Below, piece after piece: positions 1-11,725 of a stretch of DNA of 64,000 nt. This DNA is from Azolla caroliniana (taxonomy: Eukaryota > Plantae > Polypodiophyta): positions 558,001 to 622,000 of the forward strand of contig JBHGNT010000001.1 in assembly GCA_043228905.1 (NCBI GenBank). The letters are read 5' to 3'. The stretch's first letter is position 1. Each line of letters starts with the position of its first letter. The notes beneath the pieces are model-generated. The model saw nothing but the letters and a program-made list of their open reading frames with translations, was not told the origin of the DNA and made no database searches. Both the position numbers and the translations under genes were made by a program.

Positions 1-1533
1 ACACACAAATCCTTATGCAACTCTTGAACAAGTAGTTAGACTAAGTACATTCATGAATACACTTACTCATAAAGAGCAAGTTCTTACCAAAGGTGTTAAA
101 TGAAAATGGTATCATGGAATCTGAGAGGGGCATCTTCTCCTCATAAGAAATATATATTATGGAAAACTTTATTTGATGAAGATTGGGATGTTTTATGTGC
201 AGTTGAACATATGTGTCATGATTTAGATGGATCTATGTTACATTTGCGTGGATATTCCACATATTATGCAAGACAGTGATCACATCATTACTCAGGGGTT
301 GTCATGATTATTCGTGATTCGTTGTGTCCACATATAGTCTATAATGATCCATATGGACGTTTTTTGGTGATGGAAGTCAAGTATTTTGAGGATTTGATAT
401 GGTTGGTAGGAATCTATTCACCCAATAATGTTAATCAACACATTGAGTTATGATCTTCAATGTATCCAGGGTTATATTCTTACACAGTGCAATGTACTAT
501 TGATGAATAATCCACATGATAAAGAGCTTTTGGATGTTCAAGTTCAAGTATAGACATTGTGAAGAATTTGTCTTGTCAAAGTTATCAATAGACAAGACTA
601 CGCCAATTAAAGGAGGGATTTATGGATAATCAATCACAATCTCATATGTTTTTTCAATGATTAAGACCACCATATGCTCGTTCAAATGTGGTACAAATTA
701 AGATAGGGGATGCCATTGTTGTAGACCTAGTCAAGGTTATTGAGTTATGTATTACTCATTTTAAGAATTTGATTGGACCACAGTTTATTATTAATGAGGA
801 TATCTTAAAAGTGTGACAAGAGTTTTATAATGTAATTGGGAGTGTCGTGAATACAAATATTTGTCAAGAATTGGATGTTGATTTTGAAGAAGCTGAGGTT
901 GAAAAGGTATTGTTACACCTTCCAAATGGTAAAAGCCATGGTTGGGATGGTGTTACAAATGAAGTTTTTATAAATTGGAGGAAGTCTCACCTTATTTCTT
1001 GTACGGAGAGTGATTTGGAATGTTTAGGATGGCGAGGGTCAGTGATTACACAAGGTTCAATTTATCAACATTTGGGCTATCCATTGGGCATTGATGTTAC
1101 AAATGTTCAATTGATTGATTGGATTGGTAGTACATTGAGGGACACATTTATGTATTGGAAGTCTCAATTATGGCCCTTTCATGTACGACTCAAAGTGGTG
1201 CAATGTATCTTGATGCCCATGTTATTATATTTTTTGCCTTTACATCCTTGGACTAATAAGGCATTACAAAGCATGTTACAACCTATTCGGTTCATGTTGT
1301 GGCGGAAGGGAGAAATGATGGGAGTTACATGGATTTCATGGGACCATTTATAACAAGTTATGTACCTCCTCAAAACAATTTTGGTGATCCAACCAAAGGC
1401 ATCAACAATATAGGCATTCACACTAATATGCTAGCAAGTGGAAGAATGTAAAATCAAGGGCACATGGACTTGGAGATCAAAGGCCAACCAACTATTTTAA
1501 GTGTGGTCTTAGACAAAAAAAAGGAATATAATT

Positions 1534-2203
1534 TGTTAGGAAACAGGTCCCTCCGGATGGGAAGTGAGAAGAACAGTGCTGATGAGCAACCCGACAATGG
1601 AAGACCCGGTGAGAATCGGATGTGGAGTACCCGGCAACGGAAGACCTGGTGAGAACCGGATGACGAGTACCCAACAAGGAAGGCCCGGTGAGAATCGGAT
1701 GACGAGTGCTCGGCAAGCGCCAGATGATGCAGGCCCGGTGAGGAGTGCTCACCGGATGAAGGGACATATTCGTAAATATGTTTCTGAGAGTCCATCGGGG
1801 CTATATTTGTAAATAGCCGAAAAGTCATTTTAGTATAAATATGACTTAGGGCAAACTTAGTGTAGCAGAGTTGTCGTTCTTGTTGGTGCAAGATTTGAGT
1901 GCAATTGTGTACAGAGAGAGAGTGAGAGACGAAGAGGACGTTGTCTCTGTTGTAACCGTCGCTTGTGGCGAAGACAGTGAACAAGAGGTCGTTGCCTCTG
2001 TGTTCATCTATTGTATATTGTAACATAGTGATAGTTTGCAGTCTGTGGACTGTCGTGGTTTTTCCCGTGTTTGGGTTTTCCACGTAAACATCCTGTGTAC
2101 TCTTCTCTTTACTGTGTCGTGCGCACATTACCCGTTTTTCTGTGTTTTGATCCTAGACTCAGTTGTGGCCGAGCGTTGTTTTCGGGACCGTGTAGTCCTT
2201 TCA
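1534..2203 (+). mobile_element. Solo LTR (670 bp, probably Ty1/copia type) with 5-bp TSD TAATT
   Basis: Starts TGTTAGGAAAC and ends TCCTTTCA. TAATT lies at 1529-1533 and 2204-2208. TATAAAT is near 1834, and there is an internal ~39-bp tandem array. It shares motifs with the LTR at 52962-53903. Confidence 0.88.
1584..1760 (+). repeat. Imperfect ~39-bp tandem array in the U3 part of the solo LTR
   Basis: Unit resembling GGAAGACCCGGTGAGAATCGGATGACGAGTACCCGGCAAC, repeated 3-4 times. It explains the repetitive ORFs 1464-1652 and 1564-1812. Confidence 0.85.
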
Positions 2204-3128
2204 TAATTGTCTAACATTGGTGATCAGATGTAGAACATTATTATCAATACTAATGTTGGTAAATTATTTAAAAGATTGTAAAAAAATGGAGGAAGGAATC
2301 TTGAGTACATAACAACTCTTTGCAAGAGACGAATCTAGAATGTCATGAGGGGTCATTATGAGACTATAATTTTGGGAATGTTATTCGTTACAGAGCAAAA
2401 TATTGTCGGAATGAATCACAAATTATGATAGGAAAAAAGATAATAGGAAATGTTGCTTTCCTGGAAGGCATTTTCAACAAGAAGGTCGGTAGTGGAAGTT
2501 GAGGATGAGGTATATTCTGGCACGAGACACATACGATCTTCAAGGAAACCCACTAAGGAGTAGTGGGTGAACACTATGTCAGAAAAGCACCATTGGGAAG
2601 GTATGTTAAGACAAACTTTGGTGGCCTATGGTCTAGAAAGATACACAATTTCATATCAAGGGTTGAGATTAGTGCCAAAGATTGGGGTAAGCAACATGCT
2701 TTGTCAAGCCGTTACTTCTATTAGAACCCATTTAAAAAATGGCATCTGGACTTCGATGAATTATTTGATCCATGAATGGTATTGCATCAAGAAGAGGGTT
2801 TAGATTGAGAAATTGGAACGTCCACATATATCAAAGGTAGGATGATAAATTGGCTAAGTGTATGTCACACACACAAAAGAAGAAGAAGAAGAAGGTGCCA
2901 TCTATTCTCTAAATAACCAATTCAATAAGTAACTTGTACAAATTGGGAAGAACAACCTAAAAATGAAGTGCAAAGGCTCCAACTTTAATTGATCTACATC
3001 TAAACACATAGCTTTTAGCGTTCCATTCACGTTTGTCCCTAAATGCAATGGCCTTCCTTGTGTTCAAAGGAAAACAAAAGATTTGAGAACACTGACGCAT
3101 GGCTATAATCTCTATGAGAAGTGTTTAA

Positions 3129-3154
3129 ATATATATATATATATATATATATAT
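3129..3154. repeat. (AT)n microsatellite
   Basis: Direct reading of the sequence. Confidence 0.95.
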
Positions 3155-3625
3155 TTCATTCATTTTGAATGTAATCTATAAAAGTGTTATGTATACCTCT
3201 TGGAGATCTAAGCAATATGAAATTACACATTTGTGGGAACTTTTAGATATTGCAATTAACCGAGGTATTATCTTATGTCATACTCTTCATTAATTAGCAC
3301 CACAAATAAACGGGAAGCACTTAAAAGTAAATTTTTTGAGTTGAATTGAACCCATGCTTCCATCATCATCATTGTTGTTGTTTTGGCAGTTATTTGCAAT
3401 TGTTGCCGCAAGAGGACTCCTCAATGTAAACTCACTACAAACTTGTGTAATAAGATGAAGGAAGATGCCTCCCCAAACACACGTTGATGGGCATCATACA
3501 TACATATATGGACAGTAACCCACCGACCACAACAGCACAATGAGGAGTCCACACTTATCTTCTATCTATGGATGCTACGGGAGAGACTTTGGGTTTGTCC
3601 TTGGAAATAATTCCTTGGGTGAGAA

Positions 3626-5296
3626 TTATTTGAGGCTCCACAGTCGGACGTGACCGTCCGATGAGGCACTGACGACGGAGAGGGAGAGGGGGAGTTGGCT
3701 TCCGGCGGCGGCGGCGGCGGGCATGGGCATGGCCATGATGATGGACTTGACGGGAGTGGCGTGGCCTCGCAGCACGGCCACGCAGGCCCACGCGCCCTGC
3801 CATCGCCTCCACACCCGGACCGTCTTGTCCTCTGATCCGCTGCACAACGCCTCCATCGCCATCGCCGATAAGCAGAGCACCGCACCCCGGTGCCCTACCA
3901 GCGTCGCCACCGGCCCATCTCCGGCACTGCCTCCGCCAGTCTTCTTGATGGGCCACACCTGGACTGTCCTGTCAGCTGATCCCGAGTACAGCAGCCGGCC
4001 GTCCGGACTCAGCGCCAGCGCATTCACCGCTGACTTGTGGCCGGCCAACGTGGCCACAAGCTCCACCCGGAAGAATGAGTTGTTGTTGTTGTTGTTGTTG
4101 TTGTCACAAGACGAGGCTGAGGTTGGCAGCCAGAGCTTGATGGTGGCATCCGCGCCGGCGGTGAAGACGGCAGCGGAGCGGTGGCAGACGATGCATGCAT
4201 TGATAGCGTCATCGTGGGCGCGCGCCACCGACTGCAGGCAGCGCAAGTCGGAGAGGCGCCACACTTTGAGGGTGCGGTCCCAGGAGACAGAGTAGAGAAC
4301 GTGGTTGGATGGGCAGAAGGCAAGGCACGTGATGGCATCCACGTGGTCGGTCCACAGCCGCCTGTGGTGCCGCCGGATGCGGACGTAGTTGCTGGCTACC
4401 AAGCTTTGGCGGATGCGGGCCCAGCTATATCGATCCGGCAACGTCCCTACACATGTGTAGTAGGAGGAGGAGGAGGAGGAGGAGGAAGAGGAAGAGGAAG
4501 AGGAAGAGGAAGCTGTCGTGGAGCCACTCTCCCTGCCCCTGTCCGGCCGGCACCTCCACACTCGGATCTCGTGGCGGTTGCCACGTGCGCATTGCTCCGA
4601 CGTCACCACCGTGTTTCGGTCGACCACCGCCATCGCACGTACCATTCTCTTCTTTCCATCATCATCATCCTTCTTACGCCCACCACGTCCTCGTCCTAGT
4701 GAAATCGCCTTCTTGTCTCCACACCTTGATGCCAGGTGTAGTTTCAATATGTTAGAACCTCCACTTCCACCCATGATGTACACATGCTCCGGCCCGGCCT
4801 TCACCACGCATATAGTCGCCGACCTACATCGCATTTGGTTGGTATCATATACATCAAATGATTGTATGAGTTCGACATGTGGTGACGAGAAGTTCATAAT
4901 ATGTGTCCTTGTTCTATGGACAAGTGAATTGGCACGAAGTACCTCTTCCACATCATCATGCTTGGCTACATTGACATGTCGAATCAATGTCACATTATTA
5001 TTATTATTACATGAGACCGTCTCATCCAATCCCTCACTGTTTTCAAGAGTGTCCAATGCCAAGCTGAGCTCAGATTGAATGCTTGAATCGGAGCTAGGTA
5101 CCAAACTAGAATCCGACAGAATATTCCAATTCATACTCACCACAGAATCATCCGAATCTACACTCACATGATGAGATGTTGTTGTTTTAGAATCGCAAAG
5201 TGGTGGCAATGGTGACAATGGCAGAGACAAAGCTGTGGATTTCCATTCCTTGTCATGGCCAAGGAACCTTTTTTCATTAGCATTAGAAGGGCTCAT
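3626..5296 (-). CDS. Intronless WD40-repeat protein, JINGUBANG/REN4-like family
   Basis: 556-aa ORF with WD repeats (HVDAITCLAF..LYSVSWDRTLKVW, AHDDAINAC..VFTAGADATIKLW, GHKSAVNALAL..LYSGSADRTVQVW, GHRGAVLCL..LCSGSEDKTVRVW, GHATPVK..SASSDGHVRLW). It also has the family linker NYVRIRRHHRRLW. The start codon is uncertain. Confidence 0.88.
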   Translation of the reverse strand: MSPSNANEKRFLGHDKEWKSTALSLPLSPLPPLCDSKTTTSHHVSVDSDDSVVSMNWNILSDSSLVPSSDSSIQSELSLALDTLENSEGLDETVSCNNNNNVTLIRHVNVAKHDDVEEVLRANSLVHRTRTHIMNFSSPHVELIQSFDVYDTNQMRCRSATICVVKAGPEHVYIMGGSGGSNILKLHLASRCGDKKAISLGRGRGGRKKDDDDGKKRMVRAMAVVDRNTVVTSEQCARGNRHEIRVWRCRPDRGRESGSTTASSSSSSSSSSSSSSSSYYTCVGTLPDRYSWARIRQSLVASNYVRIRRHHRRLWTDHVDAITCLAFCPSNHVLYSVSWDRTLKVWRLSDLRCLQSVARAHDDAINACIVCHRSAAVFTAGADATIKLWLPTSASSCDNNNNNNNNSFFRVELVATLAGHKSAVNALALSPDGRLLYSGSADRTVQVWPIKKTGGGSAGDGPVATLVGHRGAVLCLSAMAMEALCSGSEDKTVRVWRRWQGAWACVAVLRGHATPVKSIIMAMPMPAAAAAGSQLPLSLSVVSASSDGHVRLWSLK

Positions 5297-6575
5297 TAGA
5301 ATTCTCTCTACCTACTAGGATAAAATGAAAGAATGGTGGTGGCAAGGGAAAATTGCTCACAAGCCCCCCGCTACTTGTGATCAGGTTTTGTGACATAACA
5401 TGGTAGGAGTGGATAGATCGTGACCAGAGAGAAAGAGGGTGGGAGAAGTGTCCCTCCCTTATATTTTGACTATATATTAGTGAAGTGCATGATGTGAAGC
5501 ATGTTTTCTCAGAGTAGGGTCGAGAAATTCAACAAAGCATTGGTTTGCTCAATATCATGGAGGGCTCTAACTTCTAGTCTCCATTTTGCCGTCATAAAGT
5601 TAGGGGGTTTAAAATCTATTCATTTTCCTAGGGCCCAAGGCCAAGTGCAAGTGCCACTTGGCCCTTGCGCCATGTGGTTAGTTTTCTTCTCATAAAAAAG
5701 GAGATCTCTCTTTAATGTAATTGTTTTCATTACCCATTTTGCTTTCTTCCTTTCCTCCCCAAGGCTCATGAATACATATACGATGCTTTTACCACTTGAA
5801 ATATGAAAGTAACCCAACATTTGAACGAATCTTCGACCTTATCTATGCTCGTAGAATTTTATGTGTTTCTCTACATCACACTGGTTTGTTGTGAAACCTC
5901 CTTAAGCAACGGATAGTTGAACTATTTTGAGGGAAAAAAGGGGCGGTGGAACCATCCTAACTCATCTAATGACTTTGAAGTACATGTATTAAAGAACCAG
6001 TATTCCAAAACATTCTTCTTCTACTCATCCATGATCACCGCTACTTGGAGGTGTCTTGATTAAAAAGGAAGTTTTCCTTCTCTCGTATCTAATGAACTTT
6101 TGTAATTGGTTTAATTATTCCAGCTTTCTTAGTTTCTCACATTGAAGTTTTCGTGATCACATTCTTTTGTATTAATTCTTTAGAACCCTTCCTCGTAAAT
6201 GTTACTATCCACCTAGCGCAATTTTCCTTTTAGAAATTTTAGAACACTTGTCGATAGTTTTCTAGAGTTGATACGAAGTCAATTGAAATGTATGAATTAT
6301 CTTTAGATACAATTTATCTTATCCAAAAATACGAGAATCCAACATTGTTATCTTGGAAAATGCATATTATAAGTTATACTAATTACTTTTGATGTTTTTA
6401 CCAACCATTGTGATCATGAACTGATGCTACAAATTTACCAATGCCCATTTCTCATCAATCAAGTGGTTAGATTCCCATATATTAACCAAGTAAAATATCA
6501 ATGAGATTCGACTACATTAGGAAAGTAAAATACTAATCATGATGCATTGTTGATCATATGATGTGTGTGTATGGA

Positions 6576-6596
6576 GAGAGAGAGAGAGAGAGAGAG
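6576..6596. repeat. (GA)n microsatellite
   Basis: Direct reading. Confidence 0.95.
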
Positions 6597-7480
6597 TAAA
6601 ATCTGTTATTGTTTGTTTTAGCTCACAATGCCTTGAGTATATGAGAACTTTCTATAGTGACACGACTTACAATTTTCAAATTGTTGATTTAGTTTCAATG
6701 GGAAGTGCTTTGAGTCTTACATTTTTTGAGAATTGCACCAAGAATAGTTTATTAAGTTTCCACGATGTGAGCTTAATGTTTTCAAGACACAAATCTAACT
6801 CTAATAATAAAAAACATAACTCTTTGTTGAAAAAACTGAGTTAACCTTAGTCAACGAATACGGCAACTTATAACAAAAATGTAGAAAGAATACATAGGTA
6901 CATGTGAAATGCATACAATAGACTATCAAGTTTTATATCTATAGAGACCTAAGACAACAAGTGGTGCAAATTGCATATAGATTGCATGTATTTTCTTCTT
7001 GTTGCAGCCTTTCTCTATTTAATTATGGTGCTAGAGTCTATGCAAATGTCAAAGGCATCCAAGATGGGGGGCCTTTCTGTAGTTCCATGACCATTATATG
7101 TGGAAACCCCCCTCCCTCCACGACCACAACTATAAATTACTTAAAACGCAAAGGTTTAAAACCTACATTCATATTTGTCGTTTGTCTTTTACTAGGGTGA
7201 AAAAAGTTTTGACTTTTAGCATCGTGTTGATTCTATCATTTTAGAAACTCCGAGCATGCTTGCACTCATTCTCGTGCCTATCCTTAATTTTAAAATGATA
7301 TATTAATAGAGCATTTCGTGTCTATTTAAGATCATTGTTATCTAGTTCCTTGGCAAGTTGGGAGAGTAGTTGTGTGTGAATAACTTCAAGGAATTAAGGT
7401 TGAATCATTGATACCACCATATAATTCTTTCTTGTCCTAATCTAGAATTTCATGAACAAACATTCATTTTGCCTATTTTG

Positions 7481-7680
7481 TCTCACATTTGAATATTCGC
7501 TTAGATCGCCCATAACTTTAGATAGTGACATCTCGTTAGAGATAGACTCTAACAAAGCGCACAAACCTTGCACATAGTGCACTCATCTCACATTTCAATA
7601 TTCGTTTGGAGTGCCCATAACGCTAGATAGTAGCATCTCATTAGATATCTATTCTAACCAACCATGCACATAGTGCACTA
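7481..7680. repeat. Diverged two-copy tandem duplication, period ~105 bp
   Basis: TCTCACATTT..AATATTCG..GCCCATAAC..AGATAGT..GCACATAGTGCACT occurs at 7481 and again at 7586. Confidence 0.85.
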
Positions 7681-9311
7681 GTTCAATAGCACAATTCACT
7701 CAATAGGATTGTTGTTTTTGGGTATCTTGCATTTACCTCAAAAGGGAATGGATGATTTTGGACAACTTAACAAAGCCAATATACTCTAATATTCTCCATC
7801 GCTATTTTTGCAGTACAAAGCACAACAAAAAGTATGTATACTAGTATCTCCTCCACATAGTTAAGATACTTGTGATTGGGAGGGTAGAGAACCATAATTT
7901 TAGATAAGAATAAAGAATAATGTGTGACTTAAGCGTAACAATGAAGCATCCATTGAAATTTTCTATGTAACGGTTGGCATTTGATTACAAACTATTTATG
8001 CTTTTAGATATGCAATGAGCTAACAAGATATGCAATGAGCCATCTATAAGATACGACTTTTAAGAATTTTGTTCAGACATACGAATTGCTCATGCCAACA
8101 AACAAACCACTGCGATAGACTTGTCCATGAATCTACTTTGTCATTAGAAAAACGAAAAATGCATACGGTTTGCATTAAAAAACACAGATAACAAATTCGG
8201 CATGCTAAAAATGGAATATTTTAATTGTAATAAAATAAATACATTAGAAGGTTAATGAGGAGTCATAGAGGAATTCTCCAACGTTGAACATTGAGTTGTT
8301 TGAATTGAGTAGCAAGAGAATGAAATTGTATTAATTTGTGCATTGGTTGTATTTAATGTTAACATTTTTGTCGAAGCTTGACCAAACTTTTGCCCCTTAT
8401 TCCTTTAGTAAAAACAAATTCTCTTCAACTATTGCGATTTCTTTTTTATGCCTTGTGATTGAGATGTCATTATGAATTCAAAATCAACTGAAGTTGTAAA
8501 AGCCAATCATGGTTATGTACTCTATTAGCTAGTTCGGACTAAGATGGGGGTGGAGGATGTGGCAGAGATGACACCATGGCCTTGGTTAACAATCCTCGAT
8601 CAATAGCCACATTTTGGGACTTACTATAAACAAATCCAATTGTCAAAGAGGGTATCGTCAACCACTAGAAGATGAGTATATTTGGCATTTGAGAGGAACC
8701 TAGGAAAATATTTTCACCTAGTCGTACTTCCTCACTTATTCTTATGTAGCATGTTGGAAATTAGCCAAGTGACATTCCACGAGACTCACCGGCTATGTTC
8801 ACTAAAATAGATTGGCCAATTTTTAGAGATCTCAATGCAAGTCATTTAAAGGATTGTTGGAAATTTTCTAACACTTGAAGATTTTTGGCAATATATATGT
8901 GCCGATAAGAATATCAATTAACATAAAGCAAACAAAAGTAAGGAGAAAATAAGGAAGAAAGGTTGTTAGACCACCCGATCACCCCCTAACAAAGGTGTCT
9001 CTTAGCAACATCCCATATGGAAAACCATCTCTAGTACGTATACAACAAATCTAGTGCTGACAAATTATGTTTGGCTCCATGGACTCTCATAAAAACATCA
9101 TGTTGGATTGTAGACCACAATTCATCTCCTATTTCTAGCAATATCTCTTCCAACTCCTTAGAATCATACATCTCCACACCATGCTTATTGAATTCTAGCT
9201 GTTATTTGTCCATACACTACGTGGTCATATATGATGATCTACAGGGTTCAGCTGATGTTCTATGGCAACGTCAAGTGGACTTTAAGAAACGATGGCAAGG
9301 GCTTCACTTAT

Positions 9312-9542
9312 TTTCAGATACAGCTTCTGGTCAGAGGTGGAATTATGCCATACCTTCTTTTTTGTTGCATAGCTTGTAGTTTTTGCTCCACTTGTTTCTC
9401 ATATGATATCATCTGTTTGATCAAATGTTGGTATTAGCCTTTGTATCACAATAGAGGTGAGATGAAATGTCTCCTTCTGTTTTCTATATGTACATTTCTC
9501 AAGTAATATACTGATGTATATCTTTCTTTTTAAAAAAACTCC
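9312..9542 (+). repeat. Dispersed repeat, copy 1 (second copy at 27359-27571)
   Basis: Shared blocks GTGGAATTATGCCATACCTTCTTT, CCACTTGTTTC, TATCACAATAGA.GTGAGATGAAATGTCTCCTTC and TCTCAAGTAAT. Confidence 0.9.
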
Positions 9543-9559
9543 TTAGAATCAAATGAAGT

Positions 9560-10411
9560 GGTCCTCAATGTTATACTAGAAGACTAATGCTCAAACTAAA
9601 TGAGTCAATCAAGTCTCCAAACAATATATCAAGTGCATGGTGTGCTATCAACAAGATGGTTGGATTCAATTATTGCCATTAATTGAGTTAGCATACAATA
9701 ACACATGGGATTCTTCAATAGCTATGGTTTCCATCTATGTTGTAGCATCAATATACCTAATAGTTGAGTGAATGCATCTATCGAGGAGTTGGCCAAGATA
9801 CCAATTGGGGCTTATTGTGACCAAGGAAAACTTGTGAATGCATGTGCACATTATAAAGAGTAGGTTGATCATGGTCTAGTTGCACCACCCAACTTTAAGG
9901 TTGGTGACAATCAATAGCTATTGCATTCAATCATCACCACAACTCGATCCTATGCCAATTTAGATCACAAGATATTGGGACGCTTCTGAAAATCTGATTA
10001 GATTAATCCTATGGCCTTCCAACTTGCACTAGGACTGCATCTCAAACTCAAGGAAACTATGCCACAACAGTACTACCTCCGATACTTTTTTCTAATCAAG
10101 GTTATCCATTATCAAAGAACTCTTGGGAACCTTGCTAATGCACTTGATGTGGCTCCAACCAACTCAAGATTAGTGATAAAAGGAGGGGATGTCATGGCCC
10201 CCAAATGTTACATTTAACTAATGTAAATAGTTAGTGACGATGTGTTTTGTAGACAATGTATTTGTGGGTTGCCACATGTAAGGCTTTAAGCTTGCATACT
10301 AATCATTCATGCATGGTATGGATTATCGATTGTATAGAAGGGGTCTTAACCACAACCGATTCTTAAGAAGATCAACAATGTAATGGAATATAATCTTCTT
10401 GTTTTGTGACA
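9560..10411 (+). mobile_element. Ty3/gypsy 3' remnant: decayed integrase, polypurine tract and 222-bp 3' LTR
   Basis: Decayed translation TNAQTK*VNQVSKQYIKCMVCYQQDGWIQLLPLIELAYNNT..PNFKVGD..LDHKILGRF..INPMAFQLAL resembles the Tf2/chromovirus integrase C-terminus. PPT AAAAGGAGGGGA lies directly before TGTCA (10190), and the LTR ends TGACA (10411). Confidence 0.82.
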
Positions 10412-10869
10412 TATCATCTCAACAACTTGAGATTGATAATGCTCATACTAGTTGAGTCCCTAAAGAGGAAAAGATATGTGGATTATATCCAACTTACGCC
10501 GAGATAAGGGCTAAATACCAAGACATACTCAGATCCTCTCCCACCCTCTCCAAACTATTAGATACTCCATATATAAAGAAATTAGATAGATATATCTTAG
10601 AGCTAAAACAACATAGAGAGAATAAGCTACAAAATGTTTACAATAACCTTTCTAATATTCACCAACATGTAACCAATGAATATTTTCAAGGACAAGGGGA
10701 GACGATGAATATGGGCATCCTTGAACACGTTAAGTTGTACAATACTACAACACTTTTACCTTTAAGTTCTATTTTTATTTTTTTTCGATGATTGGGTAAA
10801 CACCCCATTTTGTTGTAAACCAATTGTCTCATGGGCCAAATTTGGTCTTAGAAGACGTTAATATATCTT

Positions 10870-10873
<4 letters not shown>

Positions 10874-10928
<55 letters not shown>
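10874..10928. repeat. (TC)n microsatellite
   Basis: Direct reading. Confidence 0.95.
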
Positions 10929-10930
<2 letters not shown>

Positions 10931-11471
10931 ACACACACGCGCACACACCACATACGTCATTTGTTACTTTTGAAGAAAATAGTAAAATTCGAGCAAGAAA
11001 AGTGAATGATTGAGACAAACAAATGAGTGTGCCAAGCAAAGAAGTGAAACGACAGAGAGGAAAGCAGAAGCAAGAAAAACGAAGAAGAAGATGAGACTAG
11101 ATTGAATCCAATACAATTCAACTAACCATACACTTCATAGTATGACCACTCCTTTAATATTCAACTAACCATACAATATACTAATACACATAAACTTCTA
11201 GATGTTTATTTCTAATATCACGTTGGTTGTGTCATTATCCTCCCTTTTACTATCGAATTCTAGGCGGAGCAGGTTTGTGGGGATAATGATGATGAAAATC
11301 CCAAACTACGTCTGGTGCATCGCAAAGGTGGTTGATTGGTTCTCAAGTGGTTTCAAATAGAGGATAACCCTTTCATGATACTAGATAATAAATTTTTATG
11401 TGCATTAGTCAAGAGTCTAGGATCTTCTCCACCTCAAACTCCTCCCCACATTCAAGTATAACTGAAGGGAG

Positions 11472-11545
11472 TGCTTGTCTGCTTCCCTTGTTTGTTTCAA
11501 ACATATGCTTGTCTGCTTCCCTTGTTTGTTTCAAACATATGCTTG
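11472..11545. repeat. Perfect 34-bp tandem duplication
   Basis: TGCTTGTCTGCTTCCCTTGTTTGTTTCAAACATA x2 plus a partial third copy. Confidence 0.92.
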
Positions 11546-11725
11546 CCTTGCCCGTTCATTGATCAATATCTTACATTCATAATTTTTTGAACTCCTTAAG
11601 GACAATCAAACTGGGAACTACCTATTTATACAACCAATAACGCAAAAGTTAGCACCTCTATATGGAAGATATGCATACAAGTTACCTTGTGATCACCCAT
11701 TTAACATTGGACTAACCATACAATA

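Larger units (their letters stand above)
1..2860 (+). mobile_element. Decayed L1-clade LINE (APE endonuclease and RT remnants), interrupted by a solo LTR
   Basis: Translated fragments match the ORF2 layout of plant L1: MKMVSWNLRG at 100 (APE start), WDVLCAVEH, GRFLVMEV, LVGIYSPNN, LPNGKSHGWDGVTNE (KSPGxDG motif) and YQHLGYPLG (ORF 847-1353). There are many stops and frameshifts, and the RT core appears deleted. The 3' limit is approximate. Confidence 0.8.

Noticed and set aside
1584-1760. Repeat array superficially like a CRISPR
   Set aside because: The units are contiguous and degenerate with no unique spacers, there are no cas genes, and the context is a eukaryotic LTR.
1454-2128. 224-aa minus-strand ORF and overlapping short ORFs
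   Set aside because: They lie mostly within the solo LTR and its tandem array, with no protein motif.
2217-2230. TTGGTGATCAGA resembling a tRNA-Met primer-binding site
   Set aside because: The TAATT TSD fixes the LTR end at 2203, so this is flanking sequence, and no gag-pol follows.
3555-5078. Several long overlapping ORFs on both strands
   Set aside because: These are shadow frames of the GC-rich WD40 CDS and its triplet repeats.
8540-8830. Purine tract followed by TG, possibly another gypsy end
   Set aside because: No matching CA terminus, TSD or convincing protein motif.
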